A stretch of DNA of 61,091 nucleotides, from positions 1 through 61,091 of the forward strand of contig JAUVYE010000003.1 in NCBI GenBank assembly GCA_030603245.1. Reading direction: 5' to 3'. The notes below the pieces were generated by a model. That model ran no database searches and was not told the origin of the DNA. It was given only the letters and a program-made list of their open reading frames with translations. The position numbers and the translations under genes were made by a program. The stretch is from a bacterium (GTDB lineage Bacteria > Patescibacteriota > Minisyncoccia > Minisyncoccales > DG-74-3). This document shows positions 42,863 to 53,028 of the stretch, piece by piece; positions within the stretch are counted from its first letter, which is position 1, and each line of letters opens with the position of its first letter.

Positions 42863-44137
42863 TTAAAAAGTATCGTATTCTCTCATTTGAAGCTGAGCAT
42901 TAATTTGACGCATGGTTTCTAAAATAACACTAACTACAATTAATAAAGAAGTTCCTCCAATCAAAAACTGAAAACCTACAATCCCGGTTAGTTGCCCAAT
43001 GATTGATGGCATCACAGCTATTGAGGCTAAAAACAAAGCTCCAAAAGGCAAAACTCTATTCAAAACAAAAGAAAGATAACGAACTGTAGAGCTGCCTGGC
43101 CTAATACCTGGAACAAAACCACCCATTTTTTTAAGGTTATCAGCTATTGTTCCTGGATCAAAGGTAATCATGGTATAGAAATAAGTAAATAAAAACACTA
43201 AACCAAAATACAGCATTCCATAAATAAAAGGATCCCCTAAAAGACTAACTACTTTTTGAAGTATCCCGACTATGCCTCCTGTTTTTCCTTCCAAAAAGCT
43301 GGCCATCATTGATGGTAAAAGAAGAATAGACATTGAAAAAATAATTGGCATTACTCCAGCTGGATTAATATTCATTGGTAAATAAGTAGAAGCTCCTCCA
43401 TACATTTTACCTCCTCTTACTCTTTTAGCATAAGAAACAGGAATATTTCTTCTTCCCTCATTAACAATAACAACACCAGTAATAATTAATAAAGACATGG
43501 CAAAGAAAAGAAGATAAGAAGGAAGCTGGCCAGGACTCCATCCTGTTAACATTTGAAAAATATTATTAGGAAGATCAGCTGCAATACCAGCAAAAATCAA
43601 AAGAGAAACACCTTCACCAATCCCTTTTTCCGAAATCAACTCTCCTAACCATATTAAAAATACAGTACCAGCAGTAATAGTTAAAATTGAAGTCAAAAGT
43701 AATTGTGGAGTAAGAGCACTAATTACCTCTCTACGTTCCAAAAGCATTAACATTGTATATGCTTGAAGAGAAGCTAAAGGAACAGTAGCTATTCTTGTAT
43801 ATTGATTAAACTTCTGCCGCCCCGCCTCTCCTTCTTCCTTGTACATTTCCTCAAGCTGAGGAAAAATCATTGTTAATAATTGAAAAATAATACTAGCTGT
43901 AATATATGGACCCACTCCCAACATTACAATAGAAACTCTTTCTAAGGCTCCACCAGTAAAAACATTTAAGAGTCCAAAAATACTGAGATCTTCAAAAAGG
44001 GCTTTTACATTTTCAGGGTTTACTCCAGGAATAGGAATATTAGCCATTAGTCTAAAAACAGCAAAAACACCTAAAACAAATAAGATTTTGTTTCTTAATT
44101 CACGGACTCTAAAAATTTGAAAGATTTTATTGAACAT
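42863..44137 (-). CDS. secY: preprotein translocase SecY
   Basis: LGVGPYITASII, GVMPIIF, GGFVPGIRPG. Confidence 0.98.
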   Translation of the reverse strand: MFNKIFQIFRVRELRNKILFVLGVFAVFRLMANIPIPGVNPENVKALFEDLSIFGLLNVFTGGALERVSIVMLGVGPYITASIIFQLLTMIFPQLEEMYKEEGEAGRQKFNQYTRIATVPLASLQAYTMLMLLERREVISALTPQLLLTSILTITAGTVFLIWLGELISEKGIGEGVSLLIFAGIAADLPNNIFQMLTGWSPGQLPSYLLFFAMSLLIITGVVIVNEGRRNIPVSYAKRVRGGKMYGGASTYLPMNINPAGVMPIIFSMSILLLPSMMASFLEGKTGGIVGILQKVVSLLGDPFIYGMLYFGLVFLFTYFYTMITFDPGTIADNLKKMGGFVPGIRPGSSTVRYLSFVLNRVLPFGALFLASIAVMPSIIGQLTGIVGFQFLIGGTSLLIVVSVILETMRQINAQLQMREYDTF

Positions 44138-44139
44138 AT

Positions 44140-44571
44140 CTAATTAATAGTGCCTCCTACTTTCTCTATCTTTTCCCTTGCTACTTTTGATACCTCACAA
44201 TCCTCAATAGTCAGTTTTTTAGTTATTTCTCCTTTGCCAAGAATTTTTATTTTAGGTATTCTTCCTTTAATTTTACGGGTTAATTTTCTTTCGAGCAAGA
44301 TTTGGGGATTAATTTTTTCTTCAGATTTAAATTTCTTTTCTAAGGTACTAATATTTAAAATTTGTGGTTTCCTTCCAGTCCTTTTAAACTTATATCCTCT
44401 TAATTTATGATATCTTTTGACAAAGGTTCTGATAGCAGGCTTAAAAGAGGCACCAGCTCGTGCTTTTTGGCCTTTTATTCCTCTACCTGAATAAGTTCCT
44501 CTCTTACCCCCTCTTCCAACTCTCTTTTTATTCTTTTTTTTCTGCTTCGGACGAAGCTCGTGTAACTGCAT
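44140..44571 (-). CDS. rplO: 50S ribosomal protein L15
   Basis: RVGRGGKRGTYSGRG. Confidence 0.97.
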   Translation of the reverse strand: MQLHELRPKQKKKNKKRVGRGGKRGTYSGRGIKGQKARAGASFKPAIRTFVKRYHKLRGYKFKRTGRKPQILNISTLEKKFKSEEKINPQILLERKLTRKIKGRIPKIKILGKGEITKKLTIEDCEVSKVAREKIEKVGGTIN

Positions 44572-45052
44572 GTTTTTTAACTTTTAATTTTTTCAAAGCG
44601 CCCAAAGTTGCCTGAGCATTGTTTAATTTATTCTTGGTTCTTCCCAAGACTTTAGATGAGATGTTTTTTATCCCAGCCAATCTACAAATAACCCTCACTG
44701 TTCCTCCAGCCATTAATCCTCTACCTTTTCTTTGGGGCTTTAAAAGAATTCTAGCTGCTCCAAATTTAGAATTAACTTCGTGAGGAATAGTGTCATTTAC
44801 AATCGGAACAGTAATTAAATTCTTTTTAGCTAATCTAGTTGCTTTTTCTACTGCCTGAGCAACATCAAGACCTTTTGATACTCCTACCCCTACTTTACCT
44901 TTTTTGTCTCCCACAATCATTACTGCTCGAAACTTAAGACGACGACCACCAGCTGTCATTCTAACAACCCGAGCCAAACCCAAAAGCTTTGAATCAAAAT
45001 CATCTTTTTTCTTTATAAATCCTCTTCTAAATTGTCTTCTTTGTTGCATCAT
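44528..45052 (-). CDS. rpsE: 30S ribosomal protein S5
   Basis: RMTAGGRRLKFRA, GLMAGG. Confidence 0.98.
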   Translation of the reverse strand: MMQQRRQFRRGFIKKKDDFDSKLLGLARVVRMTAGGRRLKFRAVMIVGDKKGKVGVGVSKGLDVAQAVEKATRLAKKNLITVPIVNDTIPHEVNSKFGAARILLKPQRKGRGLMAGGTVRVICRLAGIKNISSKVLGRTKNKLNNAQATLGALKKLKVKKHAVTRASSEAEKKE

Positions 45053-45054
45053 AT

Positions 45055-45411
45055 TTAGAAAATTAATCCGCCTTCTCTTGCTCCTTCAGCCAATGCCTTA
45101 ACCCTTCCATGATACATATAACCTCCTCTATCAAAAACTACTTTATTTATTTTATTTTTAATTGCCTTTTCAGCAATCAACTTTCCAACCTCAAAAGCTA
45201 TGGCTGTTTTTCCTTTTTTACCCTTGATTTTCAGCTCTGTATCTTTGGCACTAATTATAGTTTTTCCTTTTTCATCATCAATCAATTGAGCATAAGTATG
45301 TTTATTAGAACAAAAAACACAAAGCCGAGGCCTTTCAGCAGTCCCAGATATTTTGGCTCTTATTCGTCTATGCCGTCTCTCTTTTTTTTGGCGTTTAATT
45401 TTTGGATCCAT
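45055..45411 (-). CDS. rplR: 50S ribosomal protein L18
   Basis: [18 protein letters not shown]. Confidence 0.98.
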   Translation of the reverse strand: MDPKIKRQKKERRHRRIRAKISGTAERPRLCVFCSNKHTYAQLIDDEKGKTIISAKDTELKIKGKKGKTAIAFEVGKLIAEKAIKNKINKVVFDRGGYMYHGRVKALAEGAREGGLIF

Positions 45412-45431
45412 TATTTTACTTTTTATTTTTT

Positions 45432-45980
45432 CTATGCTCCAGGACCAGTTACTACTCTTTTTCCAGCCTTTCTTCGAACTTTTTCTCCTTGATACCTAAT
45501 CCCCTTTCCTTTATAAGGTTCGGGCGGCCTAACTTTTCTTATTTTTGCTGCTATCTGAGTAACCTTTTCTTTATCAATACCAGAAACAATAATAATATTT
45601 TTCTCAACTGCAAAGCTTATGTTATCAGGAACATTTATTTTTACAGGATGAGAAAAACCAACCAGCAGCACAAGATCTTCTCCTTCTTTTGAAGCCCTAT
45701 ACCCTAAACCATGCATTTCTAATTTCTTCTCAAACCCATTAACAACCCCCTCAACCATATTAAAAATAAGGCTTCTAAATAGTCCCCAAAAAGCAGCAGT
45801 TTGCTTACTTTCTTTCTGGGGAGATAACATAATCTGATTATCTTTTACTTCAACCTTAATTTCAGGCCTAATTTTTCTCTCAAGCTCTCCTTTGGGTCCT
45901 GAAACTATTATTTTTTGCCCATCTATCTTAATGGTCACGCCCTGTGGTATTAAAATTGGTTTTCTGCCTACTCTTGACAT
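45432..45980 (-). CDS. rplF: 50S ribosomal protein L6
   Basis: [17 protein letters not shown]. Confidence 0.98.
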   Translation of the reverse strand: MSRVGRKPILIPQGVTIKIDGQKIIVSGPKGELERKIRPEIKVEVKDNQIMLSPQKESKQTAAFWGLFRSLIFNMVEGVVNGFEKKLEMHGLGYRASKEGEDLVLLVGFSHPVKINVPDNISFAVEKNIIIVSGIDKEKVTQIAAKIRKVRPPEPYKGKGIRYQGEKVRRKAGKRVVTGPGA

Positions 45981-45986
45981 AATATT

Positions 45987-46376
45987 TTACCAAATCTTAA
46001 ATAATATTTCTCCACCTATTTTCTGTTTTCTGGCCTGTTCATTACTCATTAATCCTTGTGAAGTTGAAATCATTGCCATGCCAAAACCCGACCTAACCCT
46101 TCTTATCTTATTCCAAGCAACATAGATTCTTTGACCTGGCTTAGAAATTCTTTTAAACCCGCTAATGTCAGGAATTTTATCAGTATACTTTAAGGTAATC
46201 TCAATGACCTTGTTTATTTTCCTTCCCTTTTTCTCAACCTTCTTAATAAAACCTTTACTCTTTAACAACTTGGCAATTTCATACTTTAATTTTGAAAAAG
46301 GAACATCAACTGTTGGATGAGCAACAGCTTGGGCATTAGTTATTCTGTTTAACATATCTGTTATTGGGTCAGTCAT
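45987..46376 (-). CDS. rpsH: 30S ribosomal protein S8
   Basis: MTDPITDMLNRITNA, SKPGQRIY. Confidence 0.98.
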   Translation of the reverse strand: MTDPITDMLNRITNAQAVAHPTVDVPFSKLKYEIAKLLKSKGFIKKVEKKGRKINKVIEITLKYTDKIPDISGFKRISKPGQRIYVAWNKIRRVRSGFGMAMISTSQGLMSNEQARKQKIGGEILFKIW

Positions 46377-46381
46377 ATTTT

Positions 46382-46567
46382 TTACCAACTACTCTTTTTA
46401 ACTCCGGGAATTAATCCCTTATTAGCCATTTCTCTAAAACAAATCCGACAAAGCCCGAATTGCCTCATATAACCTCTTGCTCTACCACATTTAAAACAGC
46501 GTCGAACAATTCGACTTTTAAACTTTGGTTTCTTTTTTGATTTTGCTATTTGTGCTTTTACAGCCAT
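46382..46567 (-). CDS. rpsN: 30S ribosomal protein S14 (Zn type)
   Basis: RCFKCGR...LCRICFRE. Confidence 0.98.
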   Translation of the reverse strand: MAVKAQIAKSKKKPKFKSRIVRRCFKCGRARGYMRQFGLCRICFREMANKGLIPGVKKSSW

Positions 46568-46572
46568 ACAAT

Positions 46573-47130
46573 TTATTTTCTAATTGGAAATCCTAATAAT
46601 CTTAATAATTCTAAACCCTGTTCTTTATTTTTAGTAGTGGTAACAACGCTTATTTCTAATCCAAAAATATTTCTTGCTTTTTCTGGTTCTATCTCTGGAA
46701 AAACAATATGTTCTTTAACAGCAAAAGTAAGATTCCCGCTTCCATCAATTGACTTGATTGAAATACCCTGAAAGTCACGACCCCTTGGAAGCACAATATG
46801 AATTGTTCTGTCTAAAAAATCATACATTCTTTTTCCTCTCAAAGTAACCTTAGCGCCAACTGCCATTCCTTGCCTTAACTTAAATCCAGAAATTGATTTC
46901 TTTGCCTTGGTCAAAACACAAGATTGTCCAGTTATTAAACCTAAATCATTCATAATAGTTTTTTCAATTTTCTTTTGTTCGTCTGATGTTTTTCCGGAAA
47001 CTCTTCTGCCAAAACCAGTATTAATTATCACTTTTTCAACCTTGGGAACAGCCATAACATTTTTATAGCCAAACTTTTTCATCATTTCAGGAATTACTTT
47101 TTCTATGTATTTTTTTTTGAAATTAATCAT
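46573..47130 (-). CDS. rplE: 50S ribosomal protein L5
   Basis: [21 protein letters not shown]. Confidence 0.98.
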   Translation of the reverse strand: MINFKKKYIEKVIPEMMKKFGYKNVMAVPKVEKVIINTGFGRRVSGKTSDEQKKIEKTIMNDLGLITGQSCVLTKAKKSISGFKLRQGMAVGAKVTLRGKRMYDFLDRTIHIVLPRGRDFQGISIKSIDGSGNLTFAVKEHIVFPEIEPEKARNIFGLEISVVTTTKNKEQGLELLRLLGFPIRK

Positions 47131-47432
47131 ATGGTTTTATCACATTTCTTACAAATCCTATATTTTTCTCCCCCTTCTATTCTGTATCCTATTCTGGTTG
47201 CTTTCTTACATTTTGGACAAATAATTTTTACATTAGATATATGAATTGGGGCTGGAATTTCTATAATTTCGCCCTTATCGCCTGTTTTTTTTGGTTTTTG
47301 ATGTTTTTTTCTTAAATTAATTCCTTCAATCAAAACCTTATCCTTTTTGGGAAAGGCTTTGAGAATCTTACCTTTTCTTCCTCTGTATTTCCCTGAAATA
47401 ATTAATACTGTATCGTTTTTTTTAACTCTCAT
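47127..47432 (-). CDS. rplX: 50S ribosomal protein L24
   Basis: VKKNDTVLIISGK, APIHISNV. Confidence 0.98.
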   Translation of the reverse strand: MRVKKNDTVLIISGKYRGRKGKILKAFPKKDKVLIEGINLRKKHQKPKKTGDKGEIIEIPAPIHISNVKIICPKCKKATRIGYRIEGGEKYRICKKCDKTI

Positions 47433-47435
47433 ATA

Positions 47436-47807
47436 TTAGACTAATTCTTTTGCTAAAGCAGCAATTTTTTCAAAACCTTTTTCCTTTAATTCTCTGGCAA
47501 CAGGACCAATAATCCTTCCTCCTTTTGGTTCTTTGGTCTTACCTTCTAAGATTACACAAGCATTTTCATCAAACCTTATATAAGACCCATCTTTTCTTCC
47601 AAAATTCTGTTTTTGCCTCACAATAACCGCCCTAACAACATCATGTTTTTTAACTGCTCTTCTTGGTTCAGCCTTTTTAACAGTTACTACAATTAATTCT
47701 CCGATCCTGGCATATCTTTTTCTGGTACCACCTAAAACCCGAATGCACTGAACAAGCTTTGCACCGCTATTATCTGCAACCTTTAACATTGTTCTTTCTT
47801 GAATCAT
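47436..47807 (-). CDS. rplN: 50S ribosomal protein L14
   Basis: [16 protein letters not shown]. Confidence 0.98.
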   Translation of the reverse strand: MIQERTMLKVADNSGAKLVQCIRVLGGTRKRYARIGELIVVTVKKAEPRRAVKKHDVVRAVIVRQKQNFGRKDGSYIRFDENACVILEGKTKEPKGGRIIGPVARELKEKGFEKIAALAKELV

Positions 47808-48037
47808 ATTTTCTTAATTATTCTCCATCTTTTATCTTTTGATAGAGGTCTACATTCTTTAATCACAACCATGTCTCCTATTTTATATTCTTCTTTTTCA
47901 TCATGAGCCTTATATTTCTTGTGAACCTTATATCTTCTTTTATATTTTGGATGTTCTTTTACTCTTTCTACTCTAACCACAACTGTTTTTTTCATTTTAT
48001 CTGATATTACTATTCCTTTTAATTGACGTTTTGGCAT
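47804..48037 (-). CDS. rpsQ: 30S ribosomal protein S17
   Basis: [19 protein letters not shown]. Confidence 0.98.
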   Translation of the reverse strand: MPKRQLKGIVISDKMKKTVVVRVERVKEHPKYKRRYKVHKKYKAHDEKEEYKIGDMVVIKECRPLSKDKRWRIIKKI

Positions 48038-48040
48038 ATA

Positions 48041-48241
48041 TTAGTGTTTAATTAAAGTAAGGATTCGCGCAATTTCTTTTTTAAGATTGCGGATTTCTCT
48101 CACGTTTTTTACTCTACCTGAAGCTAAATCAAATCGCAACAACCTTAAGCGTTCTTTGTTCTTTATTAACAATTTAGTTAATTCTTTATTCGTCTTTTTC
48201 TTAAGTTCAACTGCTTTCACGGATTTTTTATCTTTTAACAA
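48041..48241 (-). CDS. rpmC: 50S ribosomal protein L29
   Basis: [15 protein letters not shown]; the true start may be the internal GTG. Confidence 0.95.
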   Translation of the reverse strand: MLKDKKSVKAVELKKKTNKELTKLLIKNKERLRLLRFDLASGRVKNVREIRNLKKEIARILTLIKH

Positions 48242-48638
48242 ACTTTGTTTTTATTGGTAATTTATCAGAAGCTCTTCTAAAAGCTTGTCTTGCTATTTCT
48301 TCTTTTACTCCATCCAGTTCAAAAATAATTCTTCCTGGCCTTATTGGAAAAACATAGTGATCCACTTTTCCTTTACCACCACCCATGCCAACCTCACCTC
48401 CTTTTATAGTTACTGGTTTATCAGGAAAAATTCTAACCCAAAGCTTTCCTCCTTTTTTTAAATATCTCATAATAGCACGCCTGGCAGCTTCAATCTGACG
48501 AGCTGTAATCCATTTAGTGCCCATACTTTTCAATCCAAAAGAACCAAAAGAAACAAGGTTTCCTCTTCGGGCTTTACCCTTTGATTTCCCCCTAAACCAC
48601 TTCCTATGTTTAACTTTTTTGGGCATTAAAATAGCCAT
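48228..48638 (-). CDS. rplP: 50S ribosomal protein L16
   Basis: [15 protein letters not shown]. Confidence 0.98.
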   Translation of the reverse strand: MAILMPKKVKHRKWFRGKSKGKARRGNLVSFGSFGLKSMGTKWITARQIEAARRAIMRYLKKGGKLWVRIFPDKPVTIKGGEVGMGGGKGKVDHYVFPIRPGRIIFELDGVKEEIARQAFRRASDKLPIKTKFVKR

Positions 48639-48641
48639 ATT

Positions 48642-49304
48642 TTATTCTTCTTTTTTTTCTTCAAATTTTTCTCCTTTATATATCCAAACTTTTACTCCAA
48701 TTACCCCATAAATACAAAATGCCTCTGTAAAAGCATAATCAATATCAGCCCTAATGCTTTGACGTGGCAATTTTCCTTTTTGAAGCCATTCTGTACGGGC
48801 AATTTCTATCCCATTTAAACGACCCTTTACTTGTACTCTACATCCTTTTACTTCCTTGGAAGCAGAAACTTTACTTAGAGTCTGCTTTAAAACTCTTCTA
48901 TAGTGAGTTCTCTTTTCAATCTGTTGAGCCATCCATTGGGCTGTTAAGGCAGCTGAAGCCCACGGATTTCTAACTTCCCTTATCTCTAATCTTAATTCTT
49001 TTTTACTCTCATCATTAATCAAGACTTTCTTCTCTAATTCTTTCTTTAATTCTTCTATTCCTTTTCCTCCCCTACCAATAATAAAACCAGGTCTTAGGGT
49101 AGAAATAATAATATTTGTCTTACTAGGAAAACGCTCTATTTCAATTCTTGCTATGCCAACTTTTTTTAACTTTTTATTTAAAAATTCTCTAATTCTAAAA
49201 TCTTCCTCTAAATATTGAGAGGTTTTCTTTCCATAAAATCCCCTAGAATCCCAGTCACTAATTTTCTTTATTCTAAATACTTTTTGGTGAACTTTGTGTG
49301 TCAT
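48642..49304 (-). CDS. rpsC: 30S ribosomal protein S3
   Basis: RPGFIIGRGG, GRLNGIEIAR. Confidence 0.98.
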   Translation of the reverse strand: MTHKVHQKVFRIKKISDWDSRGFYGKKTSQYLEEDFRIREFLNKKLKKVGIARIEIERFPSKTNIIISTLRPGFIIGRGGKGIEELKKELEKKVLINDESKKELRLEIREVRNPWASAALTAQWMAQQIEKRTHYRRVLKQTLSKVSASKEVKGCRVQVKGRLNGIEIARTEWLQKGKLPRQSIRADIDYAFTEAFCIYGVIGVKVWIYKGEKFEEKKEE

Positions 49305-49305
49305 A

Positions 49306-49806
49306 TTAAAATGCTTTTCTTCTGAAGAATCTTTTGATTCCTCGTTCGCTTTTAGGTTTTTTAATTTCTAATTCTGGCTTAAACTTGGGTTTTTCTGCTT
49401 GGGTTTGCTTTTTGGTTTCTTTAATTGGCGTAATTACTTTCTTAGCTTTCTTTTTTTTCGTTCGAGGAGCTTTTTCAGTTTCTTGTAAAACAATTGTTAT
49501 ATGAGAAGTCTTTTTCTGAATAGCAAAGGCTCTTCCTCTTGCTCTTGCTCTCCATCTTTTAAGCTTAGGTCCTTCATTCACTAAAACTTTAGATATATAC
49601 ATATTGGATCCCTTCATTTGAAAATTATTAATAGCTGAAGCTAAAGCTGAATTTAATAATTTTAAAACTGGTTGAGCTGCTTTCTTCGTGGTGAAATTTA
49701 AAATAGCTTGAGCTTTCTCAACTTTTTTGCCTTTGATTAAAGCAGTAACCATTCTTACTTTTCTGGGTGCTATTCTTAAATAACTTAATTTAGCTTTAAC
49801 TTCCAT
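49306..49806 (-). CDS. rplV: 50S ribosomal protein L22 with a Lys-rich C-terminal extension
   Basis: RIAPRKVR, RARGRA, TSHIT, then about 55 extra residues. Confidence 0.97.
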   Translation of the reverse strand: MEVKAKLSYLRIAPRKVRMVTALIKGKKVEKAQAILNFTTKKAAQPVLKLLNSALASAINNFQMKGSNMYISKVLVNEGPKLKRWRARARGRAFAIQKKTSHITIVLQETEKAPRTKKKKAKKVITPIKETKKQTQAEKPKFKPELEIKKPKSERGIKRFFRRKAF

Positions 49807-49818
49807 TTATTATCTTTA

Positions 49819-50112
49819 TTATTTTTTAACTCTTTTTGTCTCCAATTGCCTTTGCATCTTTCCTCCATGTCTAGAAAATTTTGTAGTTGGAGAAAACTCA
49901 CCAAGTTTATGACCAACCATATCTTCAGCTACCTTAACTGGTATAAAGTCTTTACCATTATGAACACCAAAAGTGAAACCAATCATCTCTGGAGTAATGG
50001 TGCAAGCTCTTGACCAAGTTTTAATAATCTCTGTTGATCTTGGCCCCAACTTTTTTACCTTTTTCAATAATTTCTCGTCTATATATGGACCTTTTTTTAA
50101 ACTTCTTGACAT
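49819..50112 (-). CDS. rpsS: 30S ribosomal protein S19
   Basis: [19 protein letters not shown]. Confidence 0.98.
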   Translation of the reverse strand: MSRSLKKGPYIDEKLLKKVKKLGPRSTEIIKTWSRACTITPEMIGFTFGVHNGKDFIPVKVAEDMVGHKLGEFSPTTKFSRHGGKMQRQLETKRVKK

Positions 50113-50116
50113 AGTA

Positions 50117-50947
50117 TTATTTTTTTCTTTTTTGTCTTCTTTCAATTATATATTTATCTGTCCACCTTCTTTTTCTTGTTTTCACTCCTAAGGCTGGTTT
50201 ACCCCATTTGGTCTTAGGATGAGGCATGCCAATCGGAGCTTTTCCTTCACCTCCTCCATGTGGATGGTCTCTGGGATTCATTACTGTGCCCCGAGTAACA
50301 GGACGCCAACCCTTTCGTCTTCGGGTTCCTGCTTTTCCAATTTTCTCAAATCTTTTCTCAGGATGAGAAATCTGGCCAATTGAAGCAAAACATTCCAAAT
50401 GAACTTTTCTTGTTTCTTTAGACGGCATTTCTAAATGACAATACTTTCCTTCCCTGGCCAAAACCTTGGCTGATGTTCCTGCTCCTCTTACTAGTTTCCC
50501 ACCTCCACCAATCATAATTTCAATATTATAAACTTGGGTGCCAGATGGAATACTCTTAAGCTTCATTCTATTACCTGTTTTAATTTCTTCCTTCTCAGAA
50601 CAAACCACTCGGTCTCCTACTTTTATTTGATGAGGAGCCAACCTATATCTTTTTTCTCCATCTTCATATTCTAATAAAATTAAAAATGCAGTTCTGTTGG
50701 GATCGTATTCTAAAGCAATAACTTTGGCTGGAATATTAATTTTTTTCTGTCCAAAATCAACAATTCTGTAACGTCGCTTTACTCCTCCACCTCTATGACG
50801 AATAGTCACTCTACCCGATGACTTTGAACGACCAGATCTTTTTTTCATACCTAAAACCAATCTTTTTTCTGGCTTTTTTTTACTCAATCCTTTCCTTCCT
50901 TGCCTCGCTTTAATCAATATTTCTTTCATTACTCTTGTTTTAAGCAT
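50117..50947 (-). CDS. rplB: 50S ribosomal protein L2
   Basis: [21 protein letters not shown]. Confidence 0.98.
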   Translation of the reverse strand: MLKTRVMKEILIKARQGRKGLSKKKPEKRLVLGMKKRSGRSKSSGRVTIRHRGGGVKRRYRIVDFGQKKINIPAKVIALEYDPNRTAFLILLEYEDGEKRYRLAPHQIKVGDRVVCSEKEEIKTGNRMKLKSIPSGTQVYNIEIMIGGGGKLVRGAGTSAKVLAREGKYCHLEMPSKETRKVHLECFASIGQISHPEKRFEKIGKAGTRRRKGWRPVTRGTVMNPRDHPHGGGEGKAPIGMPHPKTKWGKPALGVKTRKRRWTDKYIIERRQKRKK

Positions 50948-50958
50948 TGTTCTTGAAA

Positions 50959-51387
50959 TTAAGTACCTAATGTTTCAATTTTCTGGCCCTGTTTTATTTT
51001 AATTATAGCTTTTTTAAAGCCGGGTTTAAAACCCTTGATTCTTCCCAATCTTTTTCGTTTTCTTGGAATATTAATAATATTTACAGAAATGACATCAACC
51101 CCATAAAGCGACTCTATTGCTTTTTTAATCTCAATTTTATTGGTTCTTGGAAAAACCTTAAAAACATATTGATTTTGTTGAGCTAAATTAGTAGCTTTTT
51201 CAGTAATGTGTGGTTCTTTCAAACTTTTATAAATAATTTCTATATTTTTCTTAGATTTGACCCTCTTCTTCTTGGGCTTTGGCTCAACTTTAACTTTAGG
51301 AGCTTTCTTTGCCTCTTTTATTTTCTTTTCTTTCTTAACAAGCTTTTTCTTGTCTTTTTTCTTTTTAAAAAAATCAAATAAACCCAT
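50959..51387 (-). CDS. rplW: 50S ribosomal protein L23 with a Lys-rich N-terminal extension
   Basis: PHITEKA, KKAII; about 50 extra N-terminal residues. Confidence 0.96.
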   Translation of the reverse strand: MGLFDFFKKKKDKKKLVKKEKKIKEAKKAPKVKVEPKPKKKRVKSKKNIEIIYKSLKEPHITEKATNLAQQNQYVFKVFPRTNKIEIKKAIESLYGVDVISVNIINIPRKRKRLGRIKGFKPGFKKAIIKIKQGQKIETLGT

Positions 51388-51389
51388 AT

Positions 51390-52034
51390 TTATTTAATAA
51401 ATGTTTCTTTAATTACTTTTACTGATTCTTTTGGCATTATTAAGTATTTGAAAGAAAGTAAATCCAGAGCATTCAAATCCCTGGCCTGCTTCACCTCAAC
51501 TCGAATCATGTTTCTAAAAGACAAAATAATATTTTTATCATTCTCAGGAATAGTTATTAAAATAGTGCCTGTTTTAAAATGTTTAATATTTGCTCTTAAA
51601 TCTTTAATCAATCCAGCTGCTTGTTTTGTTTTGGGTTTTTCTATAGCCAATTTATCTAAAACAAGCAATAGTTTATTTTTAGCTTTAGTGCTTAAAACCA
51701 TGAAAAGAGCTTTTCTTTTCATTTTTTGAGGAATCTTTTTCTTAAAAACTCTTTCTTTGGTTGGGCCAAAAGTAATACCACCACCTCTCCAGATGGGTGA
51801 ACGAATAGAACCGTGACGAGCTCTTCCTGTTCCTTTCTGGCGCCATGGCTTTCTTCCTCCACCTGAAACCTGTTTTCTATCTTTTGTGTGAGCCCTAACT
51901 ATTCTTCGATTAGCAGCTTGAGAAACTACTACTTGATGAACCAAATCATTATTCAAATCAACCTCAAAAACCTTTTTAGGCAAAAGAATCGTTCCAGCAT
52001 CTTCTCCTTTTTGGTTGTAAACCTGATATTTCAT
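51390..52034 (-). CDS. rplD: 50S ribosomal protein L4
   Basis: KPWRQKGTGRARHGS. Confidence 0.98.
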   Translation of the reverse strand: MKYQVYNQKGEDAGTILLPKKVFEVDLNNDLVHQVVVSQAANRRIVRAHTKDRKQVSGGGRKPWRQKGTGRARHGSIRSPIWRGGGITFGPTKERVFKKKIPQKMKRKALFMVLSTKAKNKLLLVLDKLAIEKPKTKQAAGLIKDLRANIKHFKTGTILITIPENDKNIILSFRNMIRVEVKQARDLNALDLLSFKYLIMPKESVKVIKETFIK

Positions 52035-52627
52035 AATTGCTTAATTTCCAACAGTGTTCCTCTTCTTCCAGGCACTGCTCCTTCTACTACTAATAAATTG
52101 TTTTCTTTATCTATTTTCATCACTTTTAAATTCTTTACTGTTACCCTTTCTCCTCCCATTCTGCCTGGCATTTTTTTACCCTTAATCACTCTTTGGGGAT
52201 ACCGAGAACCAGTAGAACCCAATGTTCTGTGTTCGCGCTTAGTTCCTCGAGTAGCTGGTTGGCCAGCAAATCCCCATCTTTTCACTGCTCCTTGAAACCC
52301 TTTTCCCTTACTAATACCTGAAACCGAAACCTTGTCTCCCTCTTTAAAAACAGAAACGTCAATTTCTTGACCAAGCTTAAGTTCTTTTTCTTCGTTTTTG
52401 ATTTCTCGCAAATATTGAAAAGTTTTTAAACCCTGTGATTTTTTAATTTTTGTTTTTTTCTCGATTTTTTTAAAACCCATTTGAACAGCATTATAGCCAT
52501 CAATCTTATCTGTCTTAATTTGAGTAATCTCACAAGGTCCAGCTGAAATCAAAGTCACAGGAATTGCATTCCCTTTTTCGTCAAACATCTGACTCATGCT
52601 AATTTTTTCTCCTAAAATAAACTTCAT
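52031..52627 (-). CDS. rplC: 50S ribosomal protein L3
   Basis: SKGKGFQG, KKMPGRMG; ATG at 52627. Confidence 0.98.
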   Translation of the reverse strand: MKFILGEKISMSQMFDEKGNAIPVTLISAGPCEITQIKTDKIDGYNAVQMGFKKIEKKTKIKKSQGLKTFQYLREIKNEEKELKLGQEIDVSVFKEGDKVSVSGISKGKGFQGAVKRWGFAGQPATRGTKREHRTLGSTGSRYPQRVIKGKKMPGRMGGERVTVKNLKVMKIDKENNLLVVEGAVPGRRGTLLEIKQL

Positions 52628-52647
52628 ATAATTAATAAAAGTTCCTT

Positions 52648-52679
52648 CAAAGAAAAACTGGGCACTAGCCCAGCTTTTT
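52648..52679 (-). terminator. terminator/attenuator-like hairpin between rpsJ and rplC
   Basis: CTGGGC-TAGT-GCCCAG followed by TTTTTCTTT on the minus strand. Confidence 0.6.
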
Positions 52680-52699
52680 AGACAGTGCACTCATTATCA

Positions 52700-53023
52700 T
52701 TACATTTTTATCTCTATTTCCACTCCAGCTGGTAAGGTTAAACTCATTAAAGAATCAATTACTTTAGGGCTAGGACTTAAAATATCAATTAATCTTTTAT
52801 GAATCCTCATCTCAAACTGTTCTCTGGAATCTTTATGAACAAAAGTAGATCTATTTACAGTATATTTCTTAATTTCAGTTGGTATAGGAACTGGTCCTGA
52901 AATCCCTGCCCCATAACGCTCGGCTACTTCAACAATCTGACGAGCACTATTATCAATTATCTTATGATCATAGGCTTTAAGTTTAATTCTTATCCTCTGA
53001 ACAGTTGTCTTTTCCTCTTTCAT
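52700..53023 (-). CDS. rpsJ: 30S ribosomal protein S10
   Basis: [20 protein letters not shown]. Confidence 0.98.
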   Translation of the reverse strand: MKEEKTTVQRIRIKLKAYDHKIIDNSARQIVEVAERYGAGISGPVPIPTEIKKYTVNRSTFVHKDSREQFEMRIHKRLIDILSPSPKVIDSLMSLTLPAGVEIEIKM

Positions 53024-53028
53024 TGTGT

